From a virus: a stretch of 64,000 nucleotides of DNA. The stretch is from the IMG/VR virus record IMGVR_UViG_3300027736_000035, positions 1 through 64,000 of that record. One strand, written 5' to 3'. Position numbers and translations under genes: made by a program. The notes below the pieces were generated by a model, which worked only from the letters and a program-made list of their open reading frames with translations, searched no databases and was not told where the DNA came from. The number at the start of each line of letters is the position of its first letter. The stretch's first letter is position 1. This document shows positions 8,893 through 17,963 of the stretch, piece by piece.

Positions 8893-10116
8893 TTAACTTA
8901 GATATTTGCACCATTCGGGAAAAATAGTTTTCCAGGATTGATCTGGATCATACCACTCTAGGAAATTTTTTAACAAAAAGTGATTGCTGGTATCAACTGG
9001 TACATCTTTGACCATGTTGATCAGACTGTCAGACGATGAAATTTGATTGACTTTGGCTAATCTAGTATAACACTCTGAGCGTATTTTTTCAGGAATAGCT
9101 GCTACTGACATGCATTCCGGTGTGGTCAGCAAGATAAATCTCAATGGAATATTGAACTGTGCGGTCCACGATATCAATGTATCCAGGTGCAATAGTGTCA
9201 GTGCTTGAACTGTACACTGACTGCTTATGCTTGAAGATTCGGGCATCTGTTTGCAAAATTGCTCTAGATTGATTTTGATACTTTCCCAAGTGCTGCCTTT
9301 ACGTACCCAGTCTTGAACTTCTGCAATACCTTCAAGACTGACACAAAAATGTACGTGACCAAAATTACCCAGTTGTTCAAGTGTATCCAACAATGAAACA
9401 CTTGCATTGGTCACGATGGTCAAGGCTGTTTTTTGTTTTTGCTGGTCAGGTATAGATGCTAGCATTTTTAGCATCTTCATATCCAGCAACGGCTCGCCAC
9501 CCAGTACTTTGATATTGGGAGTGTGTTGATCAATTACAAATTTCAACAGTTGGTAATTGCCTTTGTCTACAAATGCGTTTCGAACTTGATTTAAATACGC
9601 AGGGTTTTGGGATAGATTATGTATCACCCAGACGGAGTCTTTTGTCTGTTGCCAATGAGCATATATTTTGCTGCTGTTAGCTGGATTGCACATAGAGCAG
9701 GCAAAATTGCAAACATTGGTCAGACTGATATCAGCTGACAGCAGCAGATCACTTTTGTAATCTGTTTTATGTTTAAGATAGAGTTTGACCCAAGATTGAT
9801 CAATCAGGTGACCAAGATTCTTGGTCACTGTGTCATTGGCTGTTTGCCGCAAACTGACTTCGCTGTGTTTTTCTTTTTGCCAGCATTTGTTGCATTCTTT
9901 TATTTGATTGCCGTGAGAAAGTTCTTGTCTTACATACTGGATGTAATCACTGTTTAACCATTGATCGGCTGATGAATCAGGATATTTAAAATTCACAGTT
10001 CCAGTGAACTCAGTGCTAGTCTGATCTATCTCACAGCATACACTGAAATTTCCAATGCTATCAGTTCTAAGTTGAAACCATGGTGCAGCACAAAAAGTTG
10101 ATTTTTCTATGTACAT
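8893..10116 (-). CDS. Radical SAM protein with N-terminal twitch/SPASM-like domain
   Basis: CNFACSMC (CX3CX2C), GGEPL, and N-terminal FCAAPW...CC...CNKCW. Confidence 0.9.
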   Translation of the reverse strand: MYIEKSTFCAAPWFQLRTDSIGNFSVCCEIDQTSTEFTGTVNFKYPDSSADQWLNSDYIQYVRQELSHGNQIKECNKCWQKEKHSEVSLRQTANDTVTKNLGHLIDQSWVKLYLKHKTDYKSDLLLSADISLTNVCNFACSMCNPANSSKIYAHWQQTKDSVWVIHNLSQNPAYLNQVRNAFVDKGNYQLLKFVIDQHTPNIKVLGGEPLLDMKMLKMLASIPDQQKQKTALTIVTNASVSLLDTLEQLGNFGHVHFCVSLEGIAEVQDWVRKGSTWESIKINLEQFCKQMPESSSISSQCTVQALTLLHLDTLISWTAQFNIPLRFILLTTPECMSVAAIPEKIRSECYTRLAKVNQISSSDSLINMVKDVPVDTSNHFLLKNFLEWYDPDQSWKTIFPEWCKYLS

Positions 10117-10126
10117 GATCTATTTA

Positions 10127-10250
10127 AGAACTTCTAGCGAAGTTCTGTTAATTTCGCTACGCTCATTAACATCTTTTTGGACTAGAGCGAAGCGATTATT
10201 AGTATCATCTAGATACTGCGGTCATAATTCACCGTATGCACGGTGAATTG
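10127..10250. repeat. Cluster of short inverted repeats and GCGNAGC mini-hairpins
   Basis: AGAACTTC-tagc-GAAGTTCT (10127-10146); GTTAAT...ATTAAC (10147-10170); GCGAAGC (10187-10193); AGTATC...GATACT (10201-10217); AATTCACCGT-atgc-ACGGTGAATT (10226-10249). Confidence 0.85.
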
Positions 10251-10530
10251 ATGCATCATCTGAGTGACAGCAGTCATTTACGATAATGAGATTGTGGTTA
10301 CCCACACGGAGGCGGTTGACCGGTACCCCCTACTCAAGCTTCACATATCAACGGAACCCTAGTGACCCAATGTAAATCCAAGTCCTATAAGCAGGGGTTG
10401 TATCTGTTTTACAGAGCCCCAACCATTTGTTGCCTTAAGTTAGCAATTGCCTTTGACGCCCAAGTCCAGACCGGGTATCTCACCGTTCCTCAATGGGGAC
10501 AAGCCATGTCGCCTGTCACTGTGTCTTGAT
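10200..10530 (-). ncRNA. Putative large structured non-coding RNA of unknown family
   Basis: Only long ORF-free gap in the window, visibly GC-richer than its flanks. Long-range helix between 10309-10328 and 10473-10491 plus nested hairpins. One G-U pair favours the - strand. Confidence 0.55.
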
Positions 10531-10541
10531 ATTTGCCTATT

Positions 10542-11552
10542 TTATATTAGATAAGTGTTTTCTAGTTTATGAGTATTTGGTTCTAATAGATTGTGTAATT
10601 GTTTTGTATTGATAAATTTTTCTAATTTCCACGTTTTCAAGTTCAGATTGTGTTTGTATATAAGATAGTGTTGTATAGCTGCTTCTTGCAGGAGATCAAA
10701 GTCAAATCTCACTAGATCCATGTCGTTTCCGTTGATGATGTAATTTACAATAGTATCAAAGTACATAGCAAATGTCAATCTATTAGAGTGTATTTTTTTC
10801 CATTTGTTGTAAACTGTTATCCAGTGAGTTTTTTTGCTGTTGTTGATTTGGATTTCTAAAAAATCAAACAGCTGATCAACTGTTTGATCAAATATGGTAT
10901 ATAATTCAAATGTATCAAAATTATAATGTGGAATAGTTAGATCAATGTTTACGGAGATATTGGGAACAGAAAATGGACGTATATTCAAGGCCAGAAATTC
11001 TCGCTGATCCCATATGTGATTTAAATTTTGCTCTTGCCATACTTTATGACTATCAGCAAAAAAATGTTCAACAAAGTCTTGCAATTGTTCCTCATTGGAT
11101 GCATTTTTTTTGTTGTAGTCAGACCATTTTGAACTCAAATTTCTAAATCTTGTTGAACAGTGATACAACGGATGCCCACTGTATAAAACAATAATTTTTT
11201 TAAATTCTGTAGCAATAGTAGATACGAGTTCAGCAGTGGGTTGATGCCTGGTGCCAGGATTCATGCGAGAATTTGGAGATCTAGAATCTTCATGTAAATT
11301 ATGTATATACATGGTATGAAAATCAGAAGTCTGCATGTTTTTTAAAATGGCTACCATGTTGCTCACTTGATCAATCTTGTCAGGATGATTTGCAAGAAAT
11401 GCATGAGCATTGATATTAGTAGTTGGATCTTCGGGTACATCAATCCAACGATTGGTTTTACTGTGAAAATATTTTTTGTGGCCAGCAAGGTAATGTAGGC
11501 TCCATGTTAGAAATGTACCTCCTACTGCCGGGTCAGTTAAAACTAATATCAT
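10542..11552 (-). CDS. Hypothetical protein, sulfotransferase/P-loop-like N-terminus
   Basis: ILVLTDPAVGGTFLTWSL resembles a PAPS-binding loop followed by a helix. Similar N-termini in ORFs 56829 and 62209. Confidence 0.45.
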   Translation of the reverse strand: MILVLTDPAVGGTFLTWSLHYLAGHKKYFHSKTNRWIDVPEDPTTNINAHAFLANHPDKIDQVSNMVAILKNMQTSDFHTMYIHNLHEDSRSPNSRMNPGTRHQPTAELVSTIATEFKKIIVLYSGHPLYHCSTRFRNLSSKWSDYNKKNASNEEQLQDFVEHFFADSHKVWQEQNLNHIWDQREFLALNIRPFSVPNISVNIDLTIPHYNFDTFELYTIFDQTVDQLFDFLEIQINNSKKTHWITVYNKWKKIHSNRLTFAMYFDTIVNYIINGNDMDLVRFDFDLLQEAAIQHYLIYKHNLNLKTWKLEKFINTKQLHNLLEPNTHKLENTYLI

Positions 11553-11579
11553 ATTTTATTTGTCAGCTAGTGAATGTGA

Positions 11580-12374
11580 CTACTGTGATTGCAAAAAGTT
11601 GTTTACTGTGGTAAAGTAGTTTCTATTGCTTTGTTGCCCAGGATGCTGACCATCATGATTTCTATCAATTTTGTTATCAACCCACGAACTGTATAAATTG
11701 ATCCACTGAGATTCATCAATGCCCCCTGCTGAATCATACTCGTTGTGAAGTTTTGTATACAATTTCAATATGTCGTTGTCGCTGCGATTAATGATGTTTA
11801 GTATACTAGTTTTGGTAAATGCTGTGTATTCTTCTGGACAAACATTTTCTAAGCGATCAAAATAATTTTTATCCCAGCCGCAGGAATCGTTCACGTGATA
11901 GACTGTGATATTTTTTTGCTTGCACAACTTGTTGATTATGTTTACATATTCAACAATCTTGACAATGTCATGATGATAGTGATGCAACGCTAAAAATCTA
12001 TTTTTTAAATTTTCAATGTATGATTTGGGAATTGTGCCTGTGTTTAAATTAATGTCGTTTACAGTAGAATTAGGCCCAAAATGCACGCCGGTTGTATACA
12101 ATTCAAATCCCGGATCAATAAAATATCGTGGCGCACTGACCCATGAACAAAACAAGTATGCCAAATCGTTGTTGTTGACAATAAGATCAATGGATTTTTG
12201 AAAAACAAAAACATTTGGAGCTCCGCTTTGAGCAGCATTGATGCATGATAGATCTGGAAAACAATTTTTGTGCACCAAATTTACCCACATTAGATCTTGT
12301 TCGTCAGGCAGATTCCATCCAAGCCCGACGGTGATTGAGCCTCCAGTGAACGCAATCTTAGACATTGGTATCAA
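11580..12374 (-). CDS. SGNH/GDSL hydrolase-like protein
   Basis: AFTGGSIT (block I), NAAQSGAPN (block II), DGQHP (block V). Confidence 0.65.
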   Translation of the reverse strand: MIPMSKIAFTGGSITVGLGWNLPDEQDLMWVNLVHKNCFPDLSCINAAQSGAPNVFVFQKSIDLIVNNNDLAYLFCSWVSAPRYFIDPGFELYTTGVHFGPNSTVNDINLNTGTIPKSYIENLKNRFLALHHYHHDIVKIVEYVNIINKLCKQKNITVYHVNDSCGWDKNYFDRLENVCPEEYTAFTKTSILNIINRSDNDILKLYTKLHNEYDSAGGIDESQWINLYSSWVDNKIDRNHDGQHPGQQSNRNYFTTVNNFLQSQ

Positions 12375-12391
12375 TCCATTGTTCAGTATAA

Positions 12392-12841
12392 TTAGAAATT
12401 TTCATTTGCTCTAGTTATCTTGTTCATGACATGAGACCCATGCACACGAACTTGTATATGACCATTGTAGTAGTCGGTTGATTCTAATACTCGTCTTGAA
12501 AACTGTTCTCTTGCTTCTATGTACGAACATTCAGATTTTGATTGACAATAGTACAGTATTTCTCTGGAAAAATTTTCAGCGCCTAACGCAATCACATCTG
12601 CGGTCAATTCTAGATTTGAACCATAGTACTCTTGCCAGTCGCTTTCAACTTTGCTGCGTATGCGTTTTTTCTTTTTGATGCCGTTTTTTTGCTTGACTAC
12701 TCGATAAATTGTTTTTGAGAATTTGGCCAGTTTTTTGCCTATATATCTGCGTCCGGTGAGATTGTTTGTGATCAGATAAACAAATCCTACACATGATTCG
12801 GGCAATGTCTCCACTGGGGTGTTTTGATATAGCCATGTCAT
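12392..12841 (-). CDS. GIY-YIG family endonuclease
   Basis: GFVYLITNNLTGRRYIGKK...YYGS...NFSREIL...E...YYN motif set. Confidence 0.85.
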   Translation of the reverse strand: MTWLYQNTPVETLPESCVGFVYLITNNLTGRRYIGKKLAKFSKTIYRVVKQKNGIKKKKRIRSKVESDWQEYYGSNLELTADVIALGAENFSREILYYCQSKSECSYIEAREQFSRRVLESTDYYNGHIQVRVHGSHVMNKITRANENF

Positions 12842-12883
12842 GTAAATTAAATTTGTTTAGTTTGGGTCTTATAGTTATGCCTT

Positions 12884-13894
12884 TTACCATGAAGTTGCAT
12901 ATTTTTTGTCGACCGCAGCACTAGCGCACTTGGATTGGCATTCATACCACCGATAAGTTTCTAATTCTGTTGTCCAAAAAGTATCTGCCAGTACGTGTTC
13001 TAATGTGTGATTATGTAGATTGAATTTTTCTGCCTGTTGTTGCCATTCTTGATTGTGTGCGTATCTGTTTGCTACCCAGCAGCAGGGGAATAGTCTGCCG
13101 CGGGCATCTATATATAACCCCTTGTTGCCTATTTTACACAACGGAGTAACTCCGTTTTTTGGTTGTGTTTCTTGGAATAATTTAATGTTTTTTAAACTGA
13201 TTGGTGTTGGTAATTTTTCAGTAAGATTCATGATCTCACGTTCAAATCTATGTGTGCTGCTCACAAAACAATCACTGGGTTGCAAAGGATCATCTGCTCC
13301 GTAAGACGGATACACACTACCAAATTTGGTGCTGTGAGTGAGTTGGAATCGATCAACACCTAGTTGTTTTGCAAACTCTTGCATAAAGTCTAGTTTATGT
13401 TCGTTAAATTTGAAAGCAATAGCAGCCCACACAATTTGACAGCCACTGGTAGTTCTAAGTGTTTGCAACCCTGCAATGATGCTATCGTAATTGCTATTGA
13501 CTCGATAGAGGTTGTTGCTGGCATTGTCATATCCGTCAATGCTAAAATGTACGCTGTCGTTTTGATCTAGTGTTTTTCCTAGTTCTGTCCACCAGTCAAG
13601 TTTTTTGTGACTGCCGTTGGTAACAATCACAATCTCTAAAGGTCGAATGCTCTTTAGATATTGAATAATTGGCACAAGATCATGAGCATAGATAGGGTCG
13701 CCATCATCTCCACAGAATGTAATTTTCTCTACATTTGCCAACACAAACTCAGGAGTAAAGTTTTGTTTAAAAAATTCTAAATCTAGTTCGGTGTTGATAA
13801 CACCGACGGGAACTTCTTGACGAGAACATCGCGGACAAGCCAGAGTACATTTACTGGATACCTCAATATGAAAATGCCAAGTTGCTAAAGTCAT
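12884..13894 (-). CDS. Radical SAM protein with C-terminal SPASM/twitch domain
   Basis: CTLACPRC, GDDGDP, TNG, FSIDG, and C-terminal LC...YIDARGRLFPCC...CQSKC. Confidence 0.9.
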   Translation of the reverse strand: MTLATWHFHIEVSSKCTLACPRCSRQEVPVGVINTELDLEFFKQNFTPEFVLANVEKITFCGDDGDPIYAHDLVPIIQYLKSIRPLEIVIVTNGSHKKLDWWTELGKTLDQNDSVHFSIDGYDNASNNLYRVNSNYDSIIAGLQTLRTTSGCQIVWAAIAFKFNEHKLDFMQEFAKQLGVDRFQLTHSTKFGSVYPSYGADDPLQPSDCFVSSTHRFEREIMNLTEKLPTPISLKNIKLFQETQPKNGVTPLCKIGNKGLYIDARGRLFPCCWVANRYAHNQEWQQQAEKFNLHNHTLEHVLADTFWTTELETYRWYECQSKCASAAVDKKYATSW

Positions 13895-15654
13895 ACCAGT
13901 TCGATATCAGTATTGTAGGATGTAAATCCGTTCTCTTTCACTACCTTGAGAATGTTTTCTACCCTACTGGTCAGCTCGTCTCTGTGACTGACCAACCAAA
14001 TGCTCTTGTGCCGTTCGCGGCTCATCTTCTTCAGCAGTGCAAGTGCATTCTCCACACCTTGTGTGTCCAACCCAGAATCAATCATCTCGTCGATGAACAA
14101 GATGTTGATGGGTTGATACAAACTTTCCCATACATCGCGGAACGCCCAACTCATGCTCAGGATCAACCTATTACGTTCGCCTCGACTTAGATTGTCAAAA
14201 TCCAACTCGCGCCCCAGTTCCTCGATGCTCACAGTGAGATCATTCTGGAACTTCACAGTGTGTGGCAATCCAATACGATCAAGATAGTGTGTGAGTCGGC
14301 TGTTGAGATAGCTCAAGTTCTGATCAATGATCTTCTTACGCACAAAGCTATCTTTGCTGGTGAGCAGCTTGAGCAAGAACTCCTGATGTTCTTGCACTCT
14401 GGTGAATTCGTTCAAGGTATCATACGAAACCACTTGCAGGGCTTGATTCTGCATTTCGGTGATCTGTTCGCTGTAGGGATCAGTCTCTGCTGAACGACTA
14501 GCAAGATCCTTCATCAAGGTATCCAAGGTATTCTTGTGATTCAGTGCCTGCTCTAGGCTGTCGTAGAATACTCGAGGTGCTTGCCCTAGTTCGCCAAGTT
14601 CTTTCAATCTCTCCTGATGTTCAGATCGTTGCGTGTCGTTGGTCAGCACTTGCAATGCAAGTTCTTGTAGAGTCTTCTCACGCTGTGCTTTCACAATGTC
14701 AAGGCTGTTGTCGTGTATGTCTGTGCCGCAAGCAAAACACTTGTGGCTGGCGATCTGACCAAGATCTTTTTCAATCTGAGACATTTGCTTGAGCAGTTTG
14801 GCATCGTCGGCGTCAATCTGCCGTATCCAACGGATGGCTTCGTCCGCGGCCTTCTTTCGAGCATGATATGCTTCGAGATCTCTGTGTGCTTGCACTTCTG
14901 CGCCAATATCAATGTGTTCAAGATCGGCAATGCCTTGTGCAAGGTTTTCTGTGTCTTCTGTTTGTTTGCGTAGCCACAGGGTTCGGCGTTTCTCCAAGCT
15001 AGCAATCTGTTCTTCAATACGCTTGTTAGCTTCTTGCACAGCACGGATACGTAGTTCTTCTGCTTGGATAGAATCTTTGGTCTGTCTGTTGATTTCTTTG
15101 ATGCGATCTGCACGCTCACTCAGCAGCGTGATGCCCAGCAGTTGTTCAATGATTGTTCGTTGTTCATTGGCTTTGAGACTCAAGAACGGCGGCGTATATG
15201 TGTTTAATGCCACGATGTGTTGGAACATGTCGTGACTCATGCCTAACACACGTTCTATGGCTTCTTGTGTTTCTCTTGAATCGCCTTGTGCTTCGTCTTG
15301 TGCTGCTTGATGTTCGTCGTTCACATAGAACCGGAGCACATTGGGTTTGCGCCCACGTTCAATCCGATAGTTCTGTCCGCTGACACTGAAGTCAAGACTG
15401 ACCAGCATGTGTTTGGCATTGGTCTTGTTCACAAGATTGTCTTTGCGTATGTTCGATAGTGCTTGTCCGTACAGAGCATAACTCAGTGCATTGATAATGG
15501 TAGTCTTGCCGGTACCATTGCGAGATCCATCACCACCCATGTCTAGGTTTTCACCCAGCACTAGTGTGAGATCACTACGATCAAAGTCAATGGCCTGTGT
15601 GGTATTGCCCACACTCATGAAGTTTTTTACAGTTAGCGTTTTAATTTGAATCAT
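13891..15654 (-). CDS. gp46: Recombination ATPase, Rad50/SbcC-like (T4 gp46)
   Basis: KNFMSVGN, Walker A NGTGKTT, coiled coil with CFAC zinc hook, signature LSRGE, Walker B LFIDE..DSGLD, SH switch. Confidence 0.95.
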   Translation of the reverse strand: MIQIKTLTVKNFMSVGNTTQAIDFDRSDLTLVLGENLDMGGDGSRNGTGKTTIINALSYALYGQALSNIRKDNLVNKTNAKHMLVSLDFSVSGQNYRIERGRKPNVLRFYVNDEHQAAQDEAQGDSRETQEAIERVLGMSHDMFQHIVALNTYTPPFLSLKANEQRTIIEQLLGITLLSERADRIKEINRQTKDSIQAEELRIRAVQEANKRIEEQIASLEKRRTLWLRKQTEDTENLAQGIADLEHIDIGAEVQAHRDLEAYHARKKAADEAIRWIRQIDADDAKLLKQMSQIEKDLGQIASHKCFACGTDIHDNSLDIVKAQREKTLQELALQVLTNDTQRSEHQERLKELGELGQAPRVFYDSLEQALNHKNTLDTLMKDLASRSAETDPYSEQITEMQNQALQVVSYDTLNEFTRVQEHQEFLLKLLTSKDSFVRKKIIDQNLSYLNSRLTHYLDRIGLPHTVKFQNDLTVSIEELGRELDFDNLSRGERNRLILSMSWAFRDVWESLYQPINILFIDEMIDSGLDTQGVENALALLKKMSRERHKSIWLVSHRDELTSRVENILKVVKENGFTSYNTDIELV

Positions 15655-16357
15655 TAGGAACTAAGTTTAATATAAATTTTGCAATTTCTTGATGTTGTTC
15701 AGCTGATGGATGACTTTTAAATTTAACTAACTTTTCAAAGTGCCATCTGAAATCGTAAAAATTTGTATGATCAATGCTATTATAGAGAGATTGTAATTGT
15801 TTTTCAACCTCTAAAATTTGGGTGTCGTCCATGACATCAAACGCATCTAAAAGTTCGTATTTGCAATCTGCAGATTGAGTCGATATGGTCAACAGATCAA
15901 CAACTGATTGCTGATCAACAGTATTCAACAGCAGATACGGAATCTGCTGTTGCTTCAAAAAACTTTCCAAAGTTATAATCAGTTGTAAAAACTTCCAAGT
16001 ATCATAGAGATAATTGCTCCAGTATTTAAACAACAAATTTTTAAATTGTTCAAGCTCTTTGTGCTTTTGATACACGGAATTTGAACCAGAGATAGAGATA
16101 TCCACAGGAAAATTATTTTCTCGACGAACGAAAAATTTTCTCTCCAATGGACCAAATGCAATTATTGCTAGGTCTGGGCGATCATTGACACAAAAATTTA
16201 TAGCATCAAATACCATATGCTCATTGCTTTTACCAACTTTTGCATGATTAATAACTTTTATGTCTAACATTCTTGACAAGCACGCCGGCCAAGATTGTGA
16301 AGTAGGATCTACCAGTTCATCTCCATAGGTATAACTAGCACCATCAACATAGATCAT
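15641..16357 (-). CDS. SGNH hydrolase-like protein
   Basis: VDGASYTYGDEL, NHAKVGKSN, SHPSAEQH motifs. Confidence 0.65.
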   Translation of the reverse strand: MIYVDGASYTYGDELVDPTSQSWPACLSRMLDIKVINHAKVGKSNEHMVFDAINFCVNDRPDLAIIAFGPLERKFFVRRENNFPVDISISGSNSVYQKHKELEQFKNLLFKYWSNYLYDTWKFLQLIITLESFLKQQQIPYLLLNTVDQQSVVDLLTISTQSADCKYELLDAFDVMDDTQILEVEKQLQSLYNSIDHTNFYDFRWHFEKLVKFKSHPSAEQHQEIAKFILNLVPNDSN

Positions 16358-16950
16358 GTTATCACCTTGTTGATAGATTCAAACACCATTAGATTTCCTT
16401 TTTTGCTAAAATGATTTATTAACCCAGGGTGTTCTTGGAATATTTTTTCAAACGATATAAAATTACAATCAACAAATTTAAAATCTTGTGGTAGACCAGT
16501 GATATGTATTGCTGTTCCTTTAAACGACTCTAAGTATTTTATTTCATAGCCGATGATAAGATCATGTACAAAAATTGCATACTCGGGCAAGAAAAATTTT
16601 TCAAAGTAGTCAGCAACACTCTGTAAAGTTTTATTTTTAGATTGCTTGATATCTGAGTAAATTAGATCACAATCCTTGTGTAAAACATCATTGTAATGGT
16701 CTGGATGTGACTCTATCGGGATTCGGAAAGGACTGGTATGCGATAAAATAACATAATCAAATAATGATAAGTCGGCTGCATATAACTGTTTCCAAATTTT
16801 ATATTCACTGCATCCAGCTTGACTCAAATTGGTAACTTGATGAGTATCGGCCAACAGAATTGGCCAACCTTTATAGTCCTGATGTTTAGCTGACCAATCT
16901 GCGCTAAAACTGTCTCCACAGATTAAAATTTTTTTAGCAGTAGAATTCAT
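16354..16950 (-). CDS. SGNH hydrolase-like protein
   Basis: ICGDSFS, NLSQAGCSE, NHFSKKGN motifs. Confidence 0.65.
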   Translation of the reverse strand: MNSTAKKILICGDSFSADWSAKHQDYKGWPILLADTHQVTNLSQAGCSEYKIWKQLYAADLSLFDYVILSHTSPFRIPIESHPDHYNDVLHKDCDLIYSDIKQSKNKTLQSVADYFEKFFLPEYAIFVHDLIIGYEIKYLESFKGTAIHITGLPQDFKFVDCNFISFEKIFQEHPGLINHFSKKGNLMVFESINKVIT

Positions 16951-17963
16951 AGATTCTGGTAGATCTTCAGCAGCAGTTTATTGTCGTAGAATTCTGATTC
17001 AATGTTGGTAATCTGATCTGTCACAATCTGATCTACCGATTCAAACTTGATCTCACCAGGCGCCATGTCGGTATCCACTGATGAGTTCTTGTTCGGTATC
17101 AAGGCCATCTCTCTGAGGTTGTAATCTCGAATATATGTTTCTTTGATGTAGTTGGCCTCTTCGTATGAAATCTCAATGTCCAAATTAACACGCACATGCA
17201 TCCTGGGTGCAAGCAATGAGGCTGCATTGTCGATGATGTTGGCAAGTCCTAGCACACGGTATCTAGGTTGATCGGGCCAGGCATGATACACAGGATCTTG
17301 GCCCCACTCTAATATGGTAAGGCCACGTGCATCATCTCCGGCATCGGCGTAGTTGTGCGGAAAGCAGTTGCCTATGTAAGTGATGTTTTTCTTGGTCTGA
17401 CGTTTGTGAAAGTGCCCGGTGAACACATGTTCAAAGTTGTTGAAGTCTTCTCTGCGAACTTCTCCATGATCCGGCATCTCTACCATGGCATTCATGAGGT
17501 ATCCGGGCAGTTCAAAATGCCCGAACATGTATTTGCCTGTTAACTTAGCCAAGCGTTTATGATCGTCACCAACCAGCCAAGGAGCAATAACCACATCACC
17601 ATTGGAAAACCAATCGTTACAAATTTCAACATTGGGGAGGTGCTTGGCCCATTCAACACTTTGAATATCACGCTTATCACGATAGTATAGATCGTGATTT
17701 CCAGGAATAAAATAAACTCGATCAAAGTTATCATTCATGTGCTCCAATGCTCGTAGACTGAAGTTCAGTGTGACGATGTTGAGACTGGCTCGATTGTTGT
17801 GCCAGTCACCTAAGAACATGCAGGTCTCGCAGCCTTCTGCCAGAGCCTTGGCCGTGGCCCACTTAACAAAGTTCAAGCAGTCTTCATTGTGAGTGGTGCT
17901 GTTGCTCTTGAGTCCAAAGTGGATGTCTGTAAAGATTGCGGCTTTACGAAATAGATTAGTCAT
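16947..17963 (-). CDS. gp47: Recombination nuclease, Mre11/SbcD-like (T4 gp47)
   Basis: Metallophosphoesterase motifs TDIHFG, LGDW, GNHD, GHFE, GHFH. Upstream of gp46. Confidence 0.95.
   Translation of the reverse strand: MTNLFRKAAIFTDIHFGLKSNSTTHNEDCLNFVKWATAKALAEGCETCMFLGDWHNNRASLNIVTLNFSLRALEHMNDNFDRVYFIPGNHDLYYRDKRDIQSVEWAKHLPNVEICNDWFSNGDVVIAPWLVGDDHKRLAKLTGKYMFGHFELPGYLMNAMVEMPDHGEVRREDFNNFEHVFTGHFHKRQTKKNITYIGNCFPHNYADAGDDARGLTILEWGQDPVYHAWPDQPRYRVLGLANIIDNAASLLAPRMHVRVNLDIEISYEEANYIKETYIRDYNLREMALIPNKNSSVDTDMAPGEIKFESVDQIVTDQITNIESEFYDNKLLLKIYQNL

Noticed and set aside
10200-10280. AGAUGAU motifs on the - strand as a hammerhead or C/D box
   Set aside because: No exact CUGAUGA core with a matching GAAA and three-stem junction could be built.
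10117-10541. tRNA, tmRNA, RNase P or retron msr-msd
   Set aside because: No T-loop/CCA end, tag frame or GAGGAAAGUCC motif, and no reverse transcriptase in the window.
12392-12841. GIY-YIG gene as an intron-encoded homing endonuclease
   Set aside because: Free-standing, no interrupted host gene, and no extra DNA-binding domains visible.
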